A DNA stretch of 61,746 bases, filler included, from Malassezia furfur (taxonomy: Eukaryota): NCBI GenBank assembly GCA_052055015.1. It is 2 parts of 2 records of this genome, joined end to end, with 100 filler letters (N's around TTAATTAATTAA, not from the genome) between each part and the next. Parts side by side here need not be neighbours in the genome. Positions count along the whole stretch, not along the records: positions 1 to 30,882 come from JBQJIT010000096.1; 1 more part is not named here. One strand, 5' to 3'. This document shows positions 1-10,328 of this stretch, one piece after another. Position 1 is the stretch's first letter. The number at the start of each line of letters is the position of its first letter. The position numbers and the translations under genes were made by a program. A model generated the notes under the pieces. The model worked only from the letters and a program-made list of their open reading frames with translations. It did no database searches and had not been told where the DNA came from.

Positions 1-1387
1 CGGCGGCGACAATGGCGGCGACGCGCGCGCCGCGGCCGCCGACGCACGTGCGGCGCCCGACGCGTTCGCCACGACGCGCTGCACGTCGAGCAAAAGACCG
101 GTCGTGCCGTGGCACACGAGGTCCGATGTGCCTTCGGCGTGCAGGCCCACAACGGGCAGGCCGGACGCGAGCGCCTCGAGGACGACCTGCCCGAACGTCT
201 CGGTGAACGACGGGAACGCAAAGATGCTGCTGCTCGCGAACATGGACGCGAGGCGCTTGCCCTTCTGGTGCCCCATGAACGCGGCATCCAAGCCGTAGCG
301 CGCGCACAGCCGCGTCAGTTCGCCGCGCGCCGGGCCGTCGCCGACGATAACGAGCTTTGCATTGTCGCGCACGCTCGCGGGGAGCAGGCGGAACGCCTCG
401 ATGAGCAGCCGGATGTTCTTCTCCCAGCTGATGCGCCCGACGTACAGCACAACGGCCTTGCTGTTGGCGTCCTGCGCGGCGCTGCGCGGGTCGGCGCTCG
501 CGACGACGGGCGGCGGCAGCGCAAACGGCATCGAGAGCGGCGGTAGGTCGCTCAGACTCTCGTACGCGGGCGGGGGGCTCAGGTAGGGCGACAGTGCGGG
601 GAGGCTCTCGGGCGTGTGGATAAACGTGTCGACCTCGTCGAGCTTGCGGCTGGCCGCCTGGTCGTACAGCGTGTCGAGCAGCGCCTGGCTCTTGGGCTTG
701 CAGTCCCAGCTCGCGCGCAGGTTCTCGTCGCGCGCGCCGGGGTTGAACAGGCCCGTGTCCACGCCGCGGCTCCAGATCTCCACGTTGCGGAAGCCCTTGT
801 CGTGGAGCATGTGGCGTGTCGACTCGCTCGGACAGAACACAATGTCGCATTGGTCGTGCTGCGCGCGGATCAGCTTCCACATGACATTCTCAATGAACGG
901 CAGGCCAAACAGCGATGCATACGTCGGCAGGTTGGTGTGGTACGACGACACGCACGGCACGTCGGGCAGAATCTTTTTGACGACCCACATCATCTGCACA
1001 CCGAGCCAGATCGGATCGACAAAGTGCACCACGTCCGGGCGGAACTGTTGCAGGCGACGGACGAAGCGCAGGCGCAAAAAGTTGAGCTTCAGGCCGGGAT
1101 ACACGAGCAGGGGGAACCCAAACGTGCCGACCACGGGATGGCCAGAGTACTCGGTGAGGCCCGTGTCCGGGCCGAGCACGAGCGCCTCGTTTCCCTCGGC
1201 ATGCAGGTGCTCTAGTAGGCGCGCAAGCGTACGCGTCACACCATCAATCTTCGGCAGGAAGTTTTCTGGGCGTCAGCGGGCGAGCAAGCGCACCTGTCAC
1301 GATCGCAACGCGGAGCTTCCGTCGCTTGCGGTCGGTCGGATAAGGATACGACACCGCCTGGAGGGCGACGTCCGTCTCAGAACGCAT
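1..1387 (-). CDS. GT4 (GT-B) glycosyltransferase, MgtA/PimB/SQD2-like; 3' end runs off the window; intron 1266-1293 (28 nt)
   Basis: Spliced reading gives RVAIVT|ENFLPKIDGVTRTL...SYHTNL...SRGVD...LYVGRISWEKN...IVGDGP...FPSFTETFGQVVLEALASGLPVV (GT4 E-x7-E motif). The frame is open to base 1. Confidence 0.85.
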
Positions 1388-1579
1388 CGTGGTGGGACTG
1401 GGCAAGTGAGCACCTCGCCAAATACGGAGAACCAAGGCACAATCAGGCAACACCGTGTGCCCCAACCGCCGTGCGCGAGCGAACGTGCGTGAATTAAATC
1501 AGCCTTGCCACAGCACGTGGGGGGCCGCACGTTCCCGCGGCCGCGGCACCTGGCGCGCGCGCGTCCCTCCACCCCCCCG

Positions 1580-3286
1580 ATGGATTTTACCGGGGCGTAC
1601 GCGCATGCGGGGAGCGAGACGGTGCGCTTCTCGCCGGGGTCGACGTTCCTCGCATACGTCGGCGGCGCGCACCGCAGCGAGGTGGTGGTGCGCGTGACAG
1701 GCACGCTGCAGGTCGTGCGCTCCTGGTCGCTCGCGTCCGCGCTCCAGTCGCTCACGTGGTCGCCCGATGGCCTTTTTTTGCTCGTGAGCGCGTACGGACG
1801 GCAGGGCGTGTCGTACGTCCTGCCCCTCGACCCAGACGCAGGCGTCACCGATGGGTCAGACGATAACCAGGGTTGGGTCGCGCGCATCGCCGGGGGGGTC
1901 GCCGGCATCGAACACGCACAGTGGGTGCCCATCTGGCGCGTGCCTTCGGTGATGCAGTTTACGCGCGACACCGGCGCCGTACTGTACTCGCTTGCCGACC
2001 AGGCATTCACCGCGTTTCCCCACACGGTCCTGCCCAAACGTACGCTCGCATGCACTTATGCAGTGTTTCCACACTCTTCCCCCGAAATATTTTGCCTCGT
2101 GCAGCGCGAGCGAACGCACGCAGCGCTCGCGCTCTACACTCCGGCATCCACCGACGCACCGTCGATGGATGAGCCGGTGGCCTGGACCCTGTACAAGGTA
2201 CGTGGCGCGCTGACGCAGGCCATCACGCTGCACACCACCGAGCCCATCGGTGTCGCTTGGAGCCCCGATGGCAAGCTCGTCGCCGTATGGGACTACGAGC
2301 TAGAGTACCGCGTGTGCCTCTACTCACTGGCGGGTACACACCTTGCGACGTTTGCCATTGATGCCGACAGCGATCGGCCCGCATCCGAGATTGCCGTCAT
2401 GCCCGACGAGGCACGTGCTGTGCTCGCCGAGCGTCCGCTCAGCGCCAGCCGCGCACGACGAACGCCGATGCGCGCATCGCGGTCCGGTACCTCCTGGCAG
2501 ACGGCAAGCACGTCGCGGCGCACAAGCCATGCGCTCTCGGCACGCATCGCCGGTGGGGGTCTGGGTGTGCGCACCGTCGCGTGGCATCCCCTGAGCACGT
2601 TTCTGGCCGTGGGCGGCTACGATGGTCGCATTCGCGTGCTGTCGAGCGAAGACTGGTCCGAGGCATTTGTGCTCAGCACGCACCGCGCAACCCTCGCTGC
2701 CCCGCACGTCTCAGCGGTGGTCTGGCGCGAGCCACGGCGGTGGTTCGAGGCGACGCAGGGGCAGGGGATCGTGTCGCTCGAGCGCGATGAGCTGCCGATC
2801 GACCCCCCGACGCCGCGCCAGGACGATCCACTCAAAAGCGGAGTGTGCTGGCTCGAATGGAACGGCGACGGCAGCATTCTCGCGGCACGCAACGAGGCGC
2901 TGCCCAGCACCGTATTTGTCTACACGTTTGAGGGCCTGGCGGAGCGCAGCATCGATGCACGCCTCTCGCTCCACGCGGTCCTCGTTCTTTCTTCCCCCAT
3001 CTACTCGCTCGCGTGGAAACCCGATCAGCACGGAACGCTGGCGATCGTGTCGGGCCAAAGTGCCGTATACCTCTACTCTACCCAAGGCACGGGCGAACAG
3101 TCCGCGGAGGCGATCGCGATCCCTAATGGTGCGTGGTCCACCACTCACGCAGAACATTTCAGCGCAACGCGGCTCACCTGGTCGCCCGACGGGCATGCGT
3201 TGTTGCTAGCTGACGCGACGTCGTTTTGCTGTGTTGTTCCGGCGGCACCCATTGATAGATCCATGTCCCCGCCGAAACTGGTATAG
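1580..3286 (+). CDS. WDR8: WD40-repeat protein, WDR8/WRAP73-like; probable in-frame introns 2040-2063, 2198-2218, 3129-3152
   Basis: MDFT...VRFSPGSTFLAY N-terminus, repeated WSPDG motifs, LGVRTVAWHP..FLAVGGYDGRIRVL, LAARNEALPSTVFVY. Three GT...CTNAY...CAG inserts of 21-24 nt. Confidence 0.75.
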   Translation: MDFTGAYAHAGSETVRFSPGSTFLAYVGGAHRSEVVVRVTGTLQVVRSWSLASALQSLTWSPDGLFLLVSAYGRQGVSYVLPLDPDAGVTDGSDDNQGWVARIAGGVAGIEHAQWVPIWRVPSVMQFTRDTGAVLYSLADQAFTAFPHTVLPKRTLACTYAVFPHSSPEIFCLVQRERTHAALALYTPASTDAPSMDEPVAWTLYKVRGALTQAITLHTTEPIGVAWSPDGKLVAVWDYELEYRVCLYSLAGTHLATFAIDADSDRPASEIAVMPDEARAVLAERPLSASRARRTPMRASRSGTSWQTASTSRRTSHALSARIAGGGLGVRTVAWHPLSTFLAVGGYDGRIRVLSSEDWSEAFVLSTHRATLAAPHVSAVVWREPRRWFEATQGQGIVSLERDELPIDPPTPRQDDPLKSGVCWLEWNGDGSILAARNEALPSTVFVYTFEGLAERSIDARLSLHAVLVLSSPIYSLAWKPDQHGTLAIVSGQSAVYLYSTQGTGEQSAEAIAIPNGAWSTTHAEHFSATRLTWSPDGHALLLADATSFCCVVPAAPIDRSMSPPKLV

Positions 3287-3289
3287 TCT

Positions 3290-3378
3290 GGGCGCGTGGT
3301 GGAGTGGTTACCACGTCCGCTTTGCATACGCAGAAGCGCACTAGCGGTAGGTCGCGGGTTCAAATCCCGTCGTGTCCA
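3290..3378 (+). tRNA. tRNA-Ala(UGC) with a ~16-nt intron (3327-3342)
   Basis: Acceptor stem GGGCGCG/CGTGTCC with the G3:U70 Ala identity pair, D arm GTGG-AGTGGTTA-CCAC, anticodon loop TT-TGC-A, T arm GCGGG-TTCAAAT-CCCGT, discriminator A. Confidence 0.92.
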
Positions 3379-3384
3379 TTTTTT
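3379..3384 (+). terminator. Pol III oligo-T terminator of tRNA-Ala
   Basis: TTTTTT immediately follows the discriminator base. Confidence 0.75.
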
Positions 3385-3422
3385 GACTTTTTGTCACGTG
3401 GTGGCCCTTGCCTTCTTTCACC

Positions 3423-5014
3423 ATGTACGCCGACCGAGAGGAGTCGTTACGTGGCCCGCCGGGCGCGGGCGCGCGCGGTGCGCCGAGGCATGACCTGGCA
3501 GAGCGTGAGCGTGAATTGCAGGAACAGCTCCGGCGCCGTGCGGTCGAGTCGCGGCGGCACGGCGGAGCGGATTCGGCGTCCCCGCGCTCGCCAGGACGTC
3601 ACGATAACCGCACGATGCGGCGACGTGGCGACGATTCTTATAGCGACGCCCACGCTCGTGACTATGGGCGCCGTGATGCACCGCCGCCGCGCGACCATTA
3701 TGGACGTGGCCGCTACGATGATTACCGCCGCGACGACTACCGCCGCGATGACTACCGCCGTGACGACTACCGTCGCGACTCATTCCGCCGGGATGATTCC
3801 CGCCGTGACACTGGTCGCCGCAGTGCGAGCCCGCCGGGCGCGCGCGATGGAAGCCGTGCGGACGACTACGAGGCACGCTCTGTGTTCTGCTCGCAGCTGC
3901 CGCCGCAGGTGGGCGAGCGCGACTTGGGTGAGTTCTTTGAGGAGTCGCTGGGGAAGGACACGGTTTCCTTTGTGCAGCTGGTATACGACTACCACCATGG
4001 AAACAACACGCACACGGCATTCGTGGAGCTCACCTCGCCCGAGCTGATGTACAAGGCGAATGCGCTGAATGGGCACACTATGTTTGGCCAGCCCATCACT
4101 GTCCAGAGCGCCGAGGGCGCGCGATACCATGCGACGTCGGACTTGTACCTGATTCCCAAGGAGGGGCACGCACGTGCGCCCAGCCCGCGCGCGCGCAGTG
4201 GCTCGGGTCACCCTCCGCCGCCGCAAGCCGGTACGTCGACGCGTCTCTATGTGGGCAACCTGCACTACGACATTGGATCCGAGCAGGTTCGTGCCGTGTT
4301 TGAGCCATTTGGTGAAATTGAGGAGGCCGAAGTGTACTACGACCATGCGACGGGCAAGAGCAAAGGGTTTGCGTTTGTGCAGTTCAAGAGCGCCGACGAT
4401 GCGCAGCGTGCAACGGAGCAGCTGAACGGGTTTGAGCTGGCCGGTCGCCAGATGCGTGTGAGCACCTCCAAGGCGCGAATTTCCGGTGGTGGCGGCCGCG
4501 AGCGCGGTGGTGCGCCGCTCACGACGCGCTTTGACGAAGGCGGTGGTGGCGGCGTCAACTCGGCAGACAAGCGCATTGCGCTGATGGAAAAGCTGGCGCG
4601 TACCGACCCGCAGTCGCAGGAACCGTACGTATGGGTATGCTGACACAGTGCGCGCCCCGCCTCGATTCCTCGTGCGACCAGCGCGGCGCTCTTGCTCAAG
4701 TACATGTTTGACCCTGCCAAGTACGTGCGCACAACAACTGACCATGCAGGGAAACGGGCGATTGGGCGAACGAGCTGCGCGACGATGTGCGCATGGAAGC
4801 CGAAAAGTATGGACCCGTCCGGCACGTGTTTGTCGAGAAGGATAGCCCCGACGGCGAGGTATACGTGTCGTTCGGCGATGCCGAGCATGCTCAGCAGGCG
4901 CGCAATGCACTCCATGGTCGCTACTTTGGCGGTCAACGCATCGAAGCCAACTTGTACGTATGCGGCGGCTCACCCAGCGTGCCAGAGGCGTTTGTCCAGG
5001 CGAAGCTCGGTTAG
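3423..5014 (+). CDS. RBM39/RBM23 (CC1/Rsd1)-like splicing factor: RD/RS-rich N-terminus, 2 RRMs and a UHM; introns 4625-4648, 4721-4749, 4954-4977
   Basis: RSVFCSQL, RLYVGNLHY..., GKSKGFAFVQF. The spliced C-terminus reads LLKYMFDPAKETGDWANELRDDVRMEAEKYG...GRYFGG (UHM). Confidence 0.85.
3717..3809 (+). repeat. Coding 15-nt tandem repeat (RRDDY)n in the RBM39-like gene
   Basis: About 6 degenerate GAYGAYTACCGYCGY units. Confidence 0.7.
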
Positions 5015-5044
5015 CACGTGATCAAAACGTTCCCTGCACAGACC

Positions 5045-6365
5045 ATGGCCACGCCGCCAGAGGCGACAAGCGCGTCCGGTTCCGGCGGGTTATGGATATG
5101 CGATGTGGCAGGATGCGGGAAGACGTATAGAAAAGAGTCTCGACTCATAGAACACCAACGGTCCCATACAGGAGAGGTACGTTGGATCTCCTCTTACGCA
5201 GCGGCCGTATCCCTGCTCCCACCCCGGATGTGGCGCGGCGTACATGCGCGCGACGCACCTCGCAGCGCACGCGCGGTCGCATATGGACCCAGCTGAGAAG
5301 CCATTTCCGTGCACATATGGATGCGACAAGGCGTTCTGGACCGCGCAGCATCTCCGCCGTCACATTGTGTCGTGCCATGCGAGCAACGAAGCGGTGCAAG
5401 GCATCACACCGCACGAGCTAGAAGAGATCGGTGGTGGCGCAACCTCGGGTTTATACCGGTGCACCGAATGCGAACGTCTTTTTCCCAAGCGCAAGCACCT
5501 CCGGCAGCACCTGCGAGAAGTTCACGCCGATCCCCAGGACTCCAACCCATTTCCCTGCACGCACCCAGGCTGCACGCGTCGATTCCCCACATATACCAAA
5601 CGCCAGCAACACCTGCGTGTCCACGACAAGACGCGATACATGTGTACGCAGCCGCACCGCGAGCTCGTTACCTTTTCGACCTGGCTCGAGCTCCAGAAGC
5701 ATGTGCGCGAGTGCCATCCGCCACAATGCCCCCGCCCCGAGTGTGCACAGAGCTTTGCAAGTCGCGAAAACCTGCGCAAACACATGCGGATACACGAACG
5801 AAACGATCGCGCTCGCAAGGGGCAGGTCGTCGATGACCATGCAGGCGCCGACGATGCGGCGTACAGCTCCGACGACGGGTCCATGGCGCCCGATCCAGAT
5901 GAAGCGGCGAGCTGGCGCTGTACGTGGAACGGGTGTAACCGCGTGCTGAGCAGCCCTTATGCACTCAAGGTGCATGTTGCGCGCGTCCATCGACAGGAGA
6001 AACCGTTTGTGTGTGACGCGTGTGGGCAGCGGTACGGCTACAAGCACCTGCTGCGCCAACACATGCGCCGCACACACGAGCAAGAGCTAACCACAGAGCT
6101 GGACGTATCGCTGCCGTACCTCGGACCGCTGCTGGCCACCGAGAAGCGGCGCCGCACGGTACGTGAGCGGATTTTGCCTTGCCCTTGGGACCAACTCGCG
6201 GGCGGTGGTGCGGAGGCCGCATGCTCTGCGCGCTTCTCGCGGCTGTACGACCTGCGCAGGCACATGGAGAGCGTGCATGCGTTGTGCGTGCGCGAAGATG
6301 AGCTGGCGCAGTTGTTCCCCGACGAGGTGGAGCAGCTGCCGAAAAAGCGGGGTAGATGTCGCTAG
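5045..6365 (+). CDS. PZF1: Transcription factor IIIA (about 10 C2H2 zinc fingers); intron 5177-5201 (25 nt)
   Basis: Tandem C2H2 fingers, HTGE|RPYPC after splicing, and the fungal TFIIIA-type motif FSTWLELQKHVRECHPPQC. Confidence 0.8.
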
Positions 6366-6375
6366 CTATTGTACA

Positions 6376-7869
6376 TTACACGACGGCCGTCAGGACCTGC
6401 AGACGGCACGCGAGCACGGCGAGTTCCCAGTGCGTATCGTGGAGGGTATGGAGGAGCTCGTGTTGCGCCTGCTCGAGCTTTTCGCGCGTGGCGCGCTGCA
6501 TCGGTGTCAGGATGGCGTAGTGTTGCGCCTGCTGCACCTGCTTGGCATTTTCCTCGGCGAGTGCGCTGCGCCGCGCTTCACCTTGAGCCAGCGCACGCAC
6601 CGCCACCTCGCTCGGCGCGCGTTCGGTGCAGTGGAGTGCTGCATCCAAATGGAGTTCGCTGCCGACGGTATGCAGCAGGGTGCACTGCCAGTGCAGGCCC
6701 GTTGTCACCGTGTCGTCCCAGTAGAGTCCGTTGGCAACGAGGCCGGCCACGTAGTTGATCGATGCGAGCCACGCGGGCGCGTCGGATTGCGGCCGGAGCC
6801 ACAGCCGCCGCCGTGCAAGGCTCAGGCACAGCGTGTCGTCGTCCTCGTAGCACATGGCATCGTTCAGCGGTGTCACCTCGTCGGGATGCAGCTCAAACGT
6901 GAGATCGAGACGGTTTGCGCGCGCATGCGCAATCTGCGACTCGAGCACGGGTATACTGTTGACATCGCGGAACCACAGTAACGACGTGCCGGTCAAGATC
7001 ACTCCAAACGGGTGCCAGCGGTTCCGTTCCCGACGGAGGACCGCGCTCATTTTGACCAGATGGGCGAGCGTGGGTTTGCGTTTCGGTGCGTACATGGAGA
7101 TCCTGGGCGCATACCATACGGACGCATGCAGCGCATGCATATCGTACTCTTCCATGTGCTGTACGGCACTCGCCGGGGCCGTATCAAGCGGTTCGGTCCC
7201 CAGGCGCAGCTGCACGAGCTCGCCCGAGACCACCAGCTTGTACATTGCATCCTGCTCACGCAGCGAAGATCGCCGCTTGGCCGGTGTTGCGTCGTACATA
7301 TGCGTGAATTCGACAAGAGTGACGTTATCAAACAGGTACTCGAGCACGGGACGCGGCATCTCGGTGGCTTCAGCGATGCGCACATAGTCGGCCTTGGACA
7401 TGGGCGTACGCACGCTGCGATTGAAGGTACTGGTGTGTAGGAGAACCAACGAGAAGGCGAGCAAGTACGCCTGGTGCTCGCTCATTACCTCGGGATTGCA
7501 CGCGACATAGGCTGCTGCGAAGACGCTCAGGACGCGATCGACCTGCTGGGCCTCGCTGGGGAGTCGCTCCCATGCAAGGAACAGGCGGAGCGCCATGTCG
7601 ATTGGGTACATACGGAACCGGAAGCGACCGACGTACGCACGTAATGCGGCTTGAAGAAACGGTGTCTCGCGACTGGCCAGCAGTGCGGCAGTGCGGCCCT
7701 GGAAATCGGGCTGCTGTGTCGTGTAGTGATACAATCGACGGCTGAAAGCCGCCGGGCTTTCACCCGGGTATGCCTGGATGGGTAGCTCACCCATGGGACC
7801 GCCGTCACCGACCACACGGTCTCCGCTTGCGTCCGACGCGGATGCCAAGACGCGCCTGGCGTCTGACAT
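6376..7869 (-). CDS. Sec7-domain ARF guanine exchange factor with a PH-like domain (Syt1-like)
   Basis: PIDMALRLFLAWERLPSEAQQVDRVLSVFAAAY...LAFSLVLLHTSTFN (Sec7 Glu finger), followed by WHPFGVILTGTSLLWF. Confidence 0.85.
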   Translation of the reverse strand: MSDARRVLASASDASGDRVVGDGGPMGELPIQAYPGESPAAFSRRLYHYTTQQPDFQGRTAALLASRETPFLQAALRAYVGRFRFRMYPIDMALRLFLAWERLPSEAQQVDRVLSVFAAAYVACNPEVMSEHQAYLLAFSLVLLHTSTFNRSVRTPMSKADYVRIAEATEMPRPVLEYLFDNVTLVEFTHMYDATPAKRRSSLREQDAMYKLVVSGELVQLRLGTEPLDTAPASAVQHMEEYDMHALHASVWYAPRISMYAPKRKPTLAHLVKMSAVLRRERNRWHPFGVILTGTSLLWFRDVNSIPVLESQIAHARANRLDLTFELHPDEVTPLNDAMCYEDDDTLCLSLARRRLWLRPQSDAPAWLASINYVAGLVANGLYWDDTVTTGLHWQCTLLHTVGSELHLDAALHCTERAPSEVAVRALAQGEARRSALAEENAKQVQQAQHYAILTPMQRATREKLEQAQHELLHTLHDTHWELAVLACRLQVLTAVV

Positions 7870-7911
7870 ACGAGTGGACACACCTGGGGTGACACGTGGA
7901 ATTGAAACTCG

Positions 7912-9312
7912 ATGTGGGCGCGGTGCGAAACGGGTGTAATGTGGGGTATGCGGCACGGCTGGTCCGCACTGCGTTGCATGGGTCGCGCACGGGCGCGCAT
8001 CCATGCTGCCGCACGTACACCGTCCTTCCGCACCCTAGCACCGCTGCGCGCGTTGGCCTCGCAGGCATCGCCAACGCCGACATTGTCCCACCCGACGACG
8101 GCTTCGTCTGACGGCTGGGTGCGTGTGACCTGGCCGAATGGCAAGAAGGGCGACTTCCATCCCCTATGGCTGCGCGACCACTGCCGCTGTCCAAACTGCT
8201 ACCACCCGGTCACCAAGCAGCGGCTCCTCGATACGTTTTCCATCCCTGCCGATGTTCAACCCAAACAGGTTGTCGCGCTTCCTGATGGTCTCCGTATCGT
8301 CTGGCCAGACCAACACACCTCGCTCTTCCCGTGGATCTGGCTCGAGCGTCAGGCTTATGAACCCAAAACGCGCTCGCGCGAGCTCACGTTCCAGACCAGC
8401 GGGTTGGGCCACGGCTCGGAAGCCTCCGAGAAGCAGCTGTGGGGCGCGGAGATAGCTTCCGTGCGTCCTACGGTCGAGTACGATGGGGTGATGCAGTCGG
8501 ACAGTGTCGTGCTGGACTGGCTAAACAACATCGACAAGTACGGCTTCAGCTTTGTGTCGGGCGTTCCCACCACGCCCGAGGCTACGGAAGCACTCGTGCG
8601 GAGGATTGCGTTTATCCGCGAGACGCATTACGGCGGATTTTGGGACTTTACATCGGATCTGGCGCATGGTGATACGGCGTACACAGACATTGCGCTGGGC
8701 GCACACACCGACACCACTTATTTTACCGACCCTGCGGGCCTGCAGCTGTTCCACCTACTGCACCACTACAGCCCCGCCCCGACCGACTTCGTCGACAAAT
8801 ACACTGGCGCACCCCTGGGTGGTAGCTCGCTCCTGGTGGACGGTTTTTATGCCGCGAAGCAGCTTTACGACCGGCACCCGGAGCTGTACGACATCTTGCG
8901 TACGGTGCGCTTCCGTGGCCACTCGGCAGGGGACGACTCGACGTTGATTGCCCCATTGCTGAACGGCTACTCGGTCTTTGAGCACGATCCAGTGACCGAT
9001 GCCCTGGTGATGATCCGGTACAACAACAGCGACCGCAGTGCCCTGCACGTTCCTCCAGACCAGCTCGAGGGCGTGTACGAAGCACTCCGGACGTGGAACG
9101 CAATCATCACAGACGCACAAACCGAGTACTGGTTCCCCTTGCAGCCTGGCGTGGCAATGATTTTCGACAACCACCGTGTCTTGCACGGGCGTTCGCAGTT
9201 TGTGGGGAGCCGCAGGTTGTGTGGTGCATACGTTCCGCACGATGACTACCGCAGCCGCCTGAGCGTATTGCGGCACGGCGCAAAACGCGATGTGTGGGAT
9301 GAGGGGTTGTAG
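7912..9312 (+). CDS. Trimethyllysine dioxygenase (carnitine biosynthesis; TauD/GBBH family), probable mitochondrial presequence; start ATG uncertain (7912/7939/7948/7978)
   Basis: WLRDHCRCPNC, IRETHYGGFWDF, DTAYT..LGAHTDTTYFTDPAGLQLFH, FDNHRVLHGRS. Confidence 0.9.
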   Translation: MWARCETGVMWGMRHGWSALRCMGRARARIHAAARTPSFRTLAPLRALASQASPTPTLSHPTTASSDGWVRVTWPNGKKGDFHPLWLRDHCRCPNCYHPVTKQRLLDTFSIPADVQPKQVVALPDGLRIVWPDQHTSLFPWIWLERQAYEPKTRSRELTFQTSGLGHGSEASEKQLWGAEIASVRPTVEYDGVMQSDSVVLDWLNNIDKYGFSFVSGVPTTPEATEALVRRIAFIRETHYGGFWDFTSDLAHGDTAYTDIALGAHTDTTYFTDPAGLQLFHLLHHYSPAPTDFVDKYTGAPLGGSSLLVDGFYAAKQLYDRHPELYDILRTVRFRGHSAGDDSTLIAPLLNGYSVFEHDPVTDALVMIRYNNSDRSALHVPPDQLEGVYEALRTWNAIITDAQTEYWFPLQPGVAMIFDNHRVLHGRSQFVGSRRLCGAYVPHDDYRSRLSVLRHGAKRDVWDEGL

Positions 9313-10071
9313 CTATGAATACGATTGAAGCCGGAGCGACTTGCGCGGTCGCTGGTTCGGCGACGAGCCGAGGAACGCGTCAGAGTCAGGGTCGTCTGTT
9401 GGTTAGCGCGCCTGGGGGTGGGGGGACACGAACGTACTTGCTTCCAGCGTGTACACCGACACGGTATCATCGCCGGATTCATGCACGCCATCAATGATAT
9501 AGGGGGGCATGCCCGAATGGCAGTGCAGCAACTGGAGACCGAGCCAGTCGAGATAGTCGTCGTCCTCACCCAGCAGCTCGTCTTCGTCGTCCTCTTCAAC
9601 ATCGCCTTCCGCATCGTCCTGTTGGTACGCAATCGACGACACATAGCCGCCAGGCAACACGCGGTACGACGCCGGCGACGAGTCGTAACCCAACGCCAGG
9701 TCCCGGAGCCACGTGCCCAGAGCCGAGCTCGGCGCACGGCCCGGAAGCCAGGTCGGACGCTCATCGTCGAACGGCTCCTCGCTGTCAGCAGAGTCGATAT
9801 GGTCTAGGAGGTATTGTGCTGCGAGAAGGCGTTCGTCCTCAATGTCGTGGCCAAGAACCGCGAGCAGGCGCCGGCCCATGGCGTCTGCAAACAGGTCGTG
9901 GTCCATCAGCCGGTCGATGTCGGCAATGATGGATGCGTCTTTTGTCGGTGGGTCATCGAGCATATAAAGAAGGGAAGAAAGACTCTCCCTCTCCGAAATC
10001 CGCGATGGCTGCACGTTCGACAGCGTCGAATCGGGCACGTCCGAGACTTCTTCGACAATGACCGTGACCAT
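9313..10071 (-). CDS. Acidic hypothetical protein; intron 9396-9437 (42 nt)
   Basis: Long open frame from MVTVIVEEV. A GTACGT...GCTAAC..CAG intron joins a short terminal exon ending RPRKSLRLQSYS*. Confidence 0.6.
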
Positions 10072-10328
10072 GGTGGCGAGCGGGAAACTGGTGGAGCTCG
10101 GAAAGGTGACACCTCCACATGCATGCCACACTTGGAAGGCCAACTGGCGCGCGGCCCCACAGACTATAGACGTGCACCTGTGAAGAAGGCAGGTAGCAGA
10201 GTACAGTGCAGCAGAGCATGCCATACATCGGCTAGCCATCCTTTTGCAGCGGCCATAGCCTTTGCACCGCCAAAGCCGTACCCGGGATGTGGACCGCCCA
10301 TCCGTGCGTGGAATTTCACCTCCACTCA

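Noticed and set aside
3717..3809. Short direct repeats as a possible CRISPR-like array
   Set aside because: They are coding (RRDDY)n repeats with no spacers, in a eukaryotic context.
9310..9318. TAG-CTA readthrough context after the TML dioxygenase stop, as a possible cryptic peroxisomal signal
   Set aside because: Readthrough gives only X-L-stop, which is not a PTS1, and the CTA is simply the reverse-strand stop of the abutting gene.
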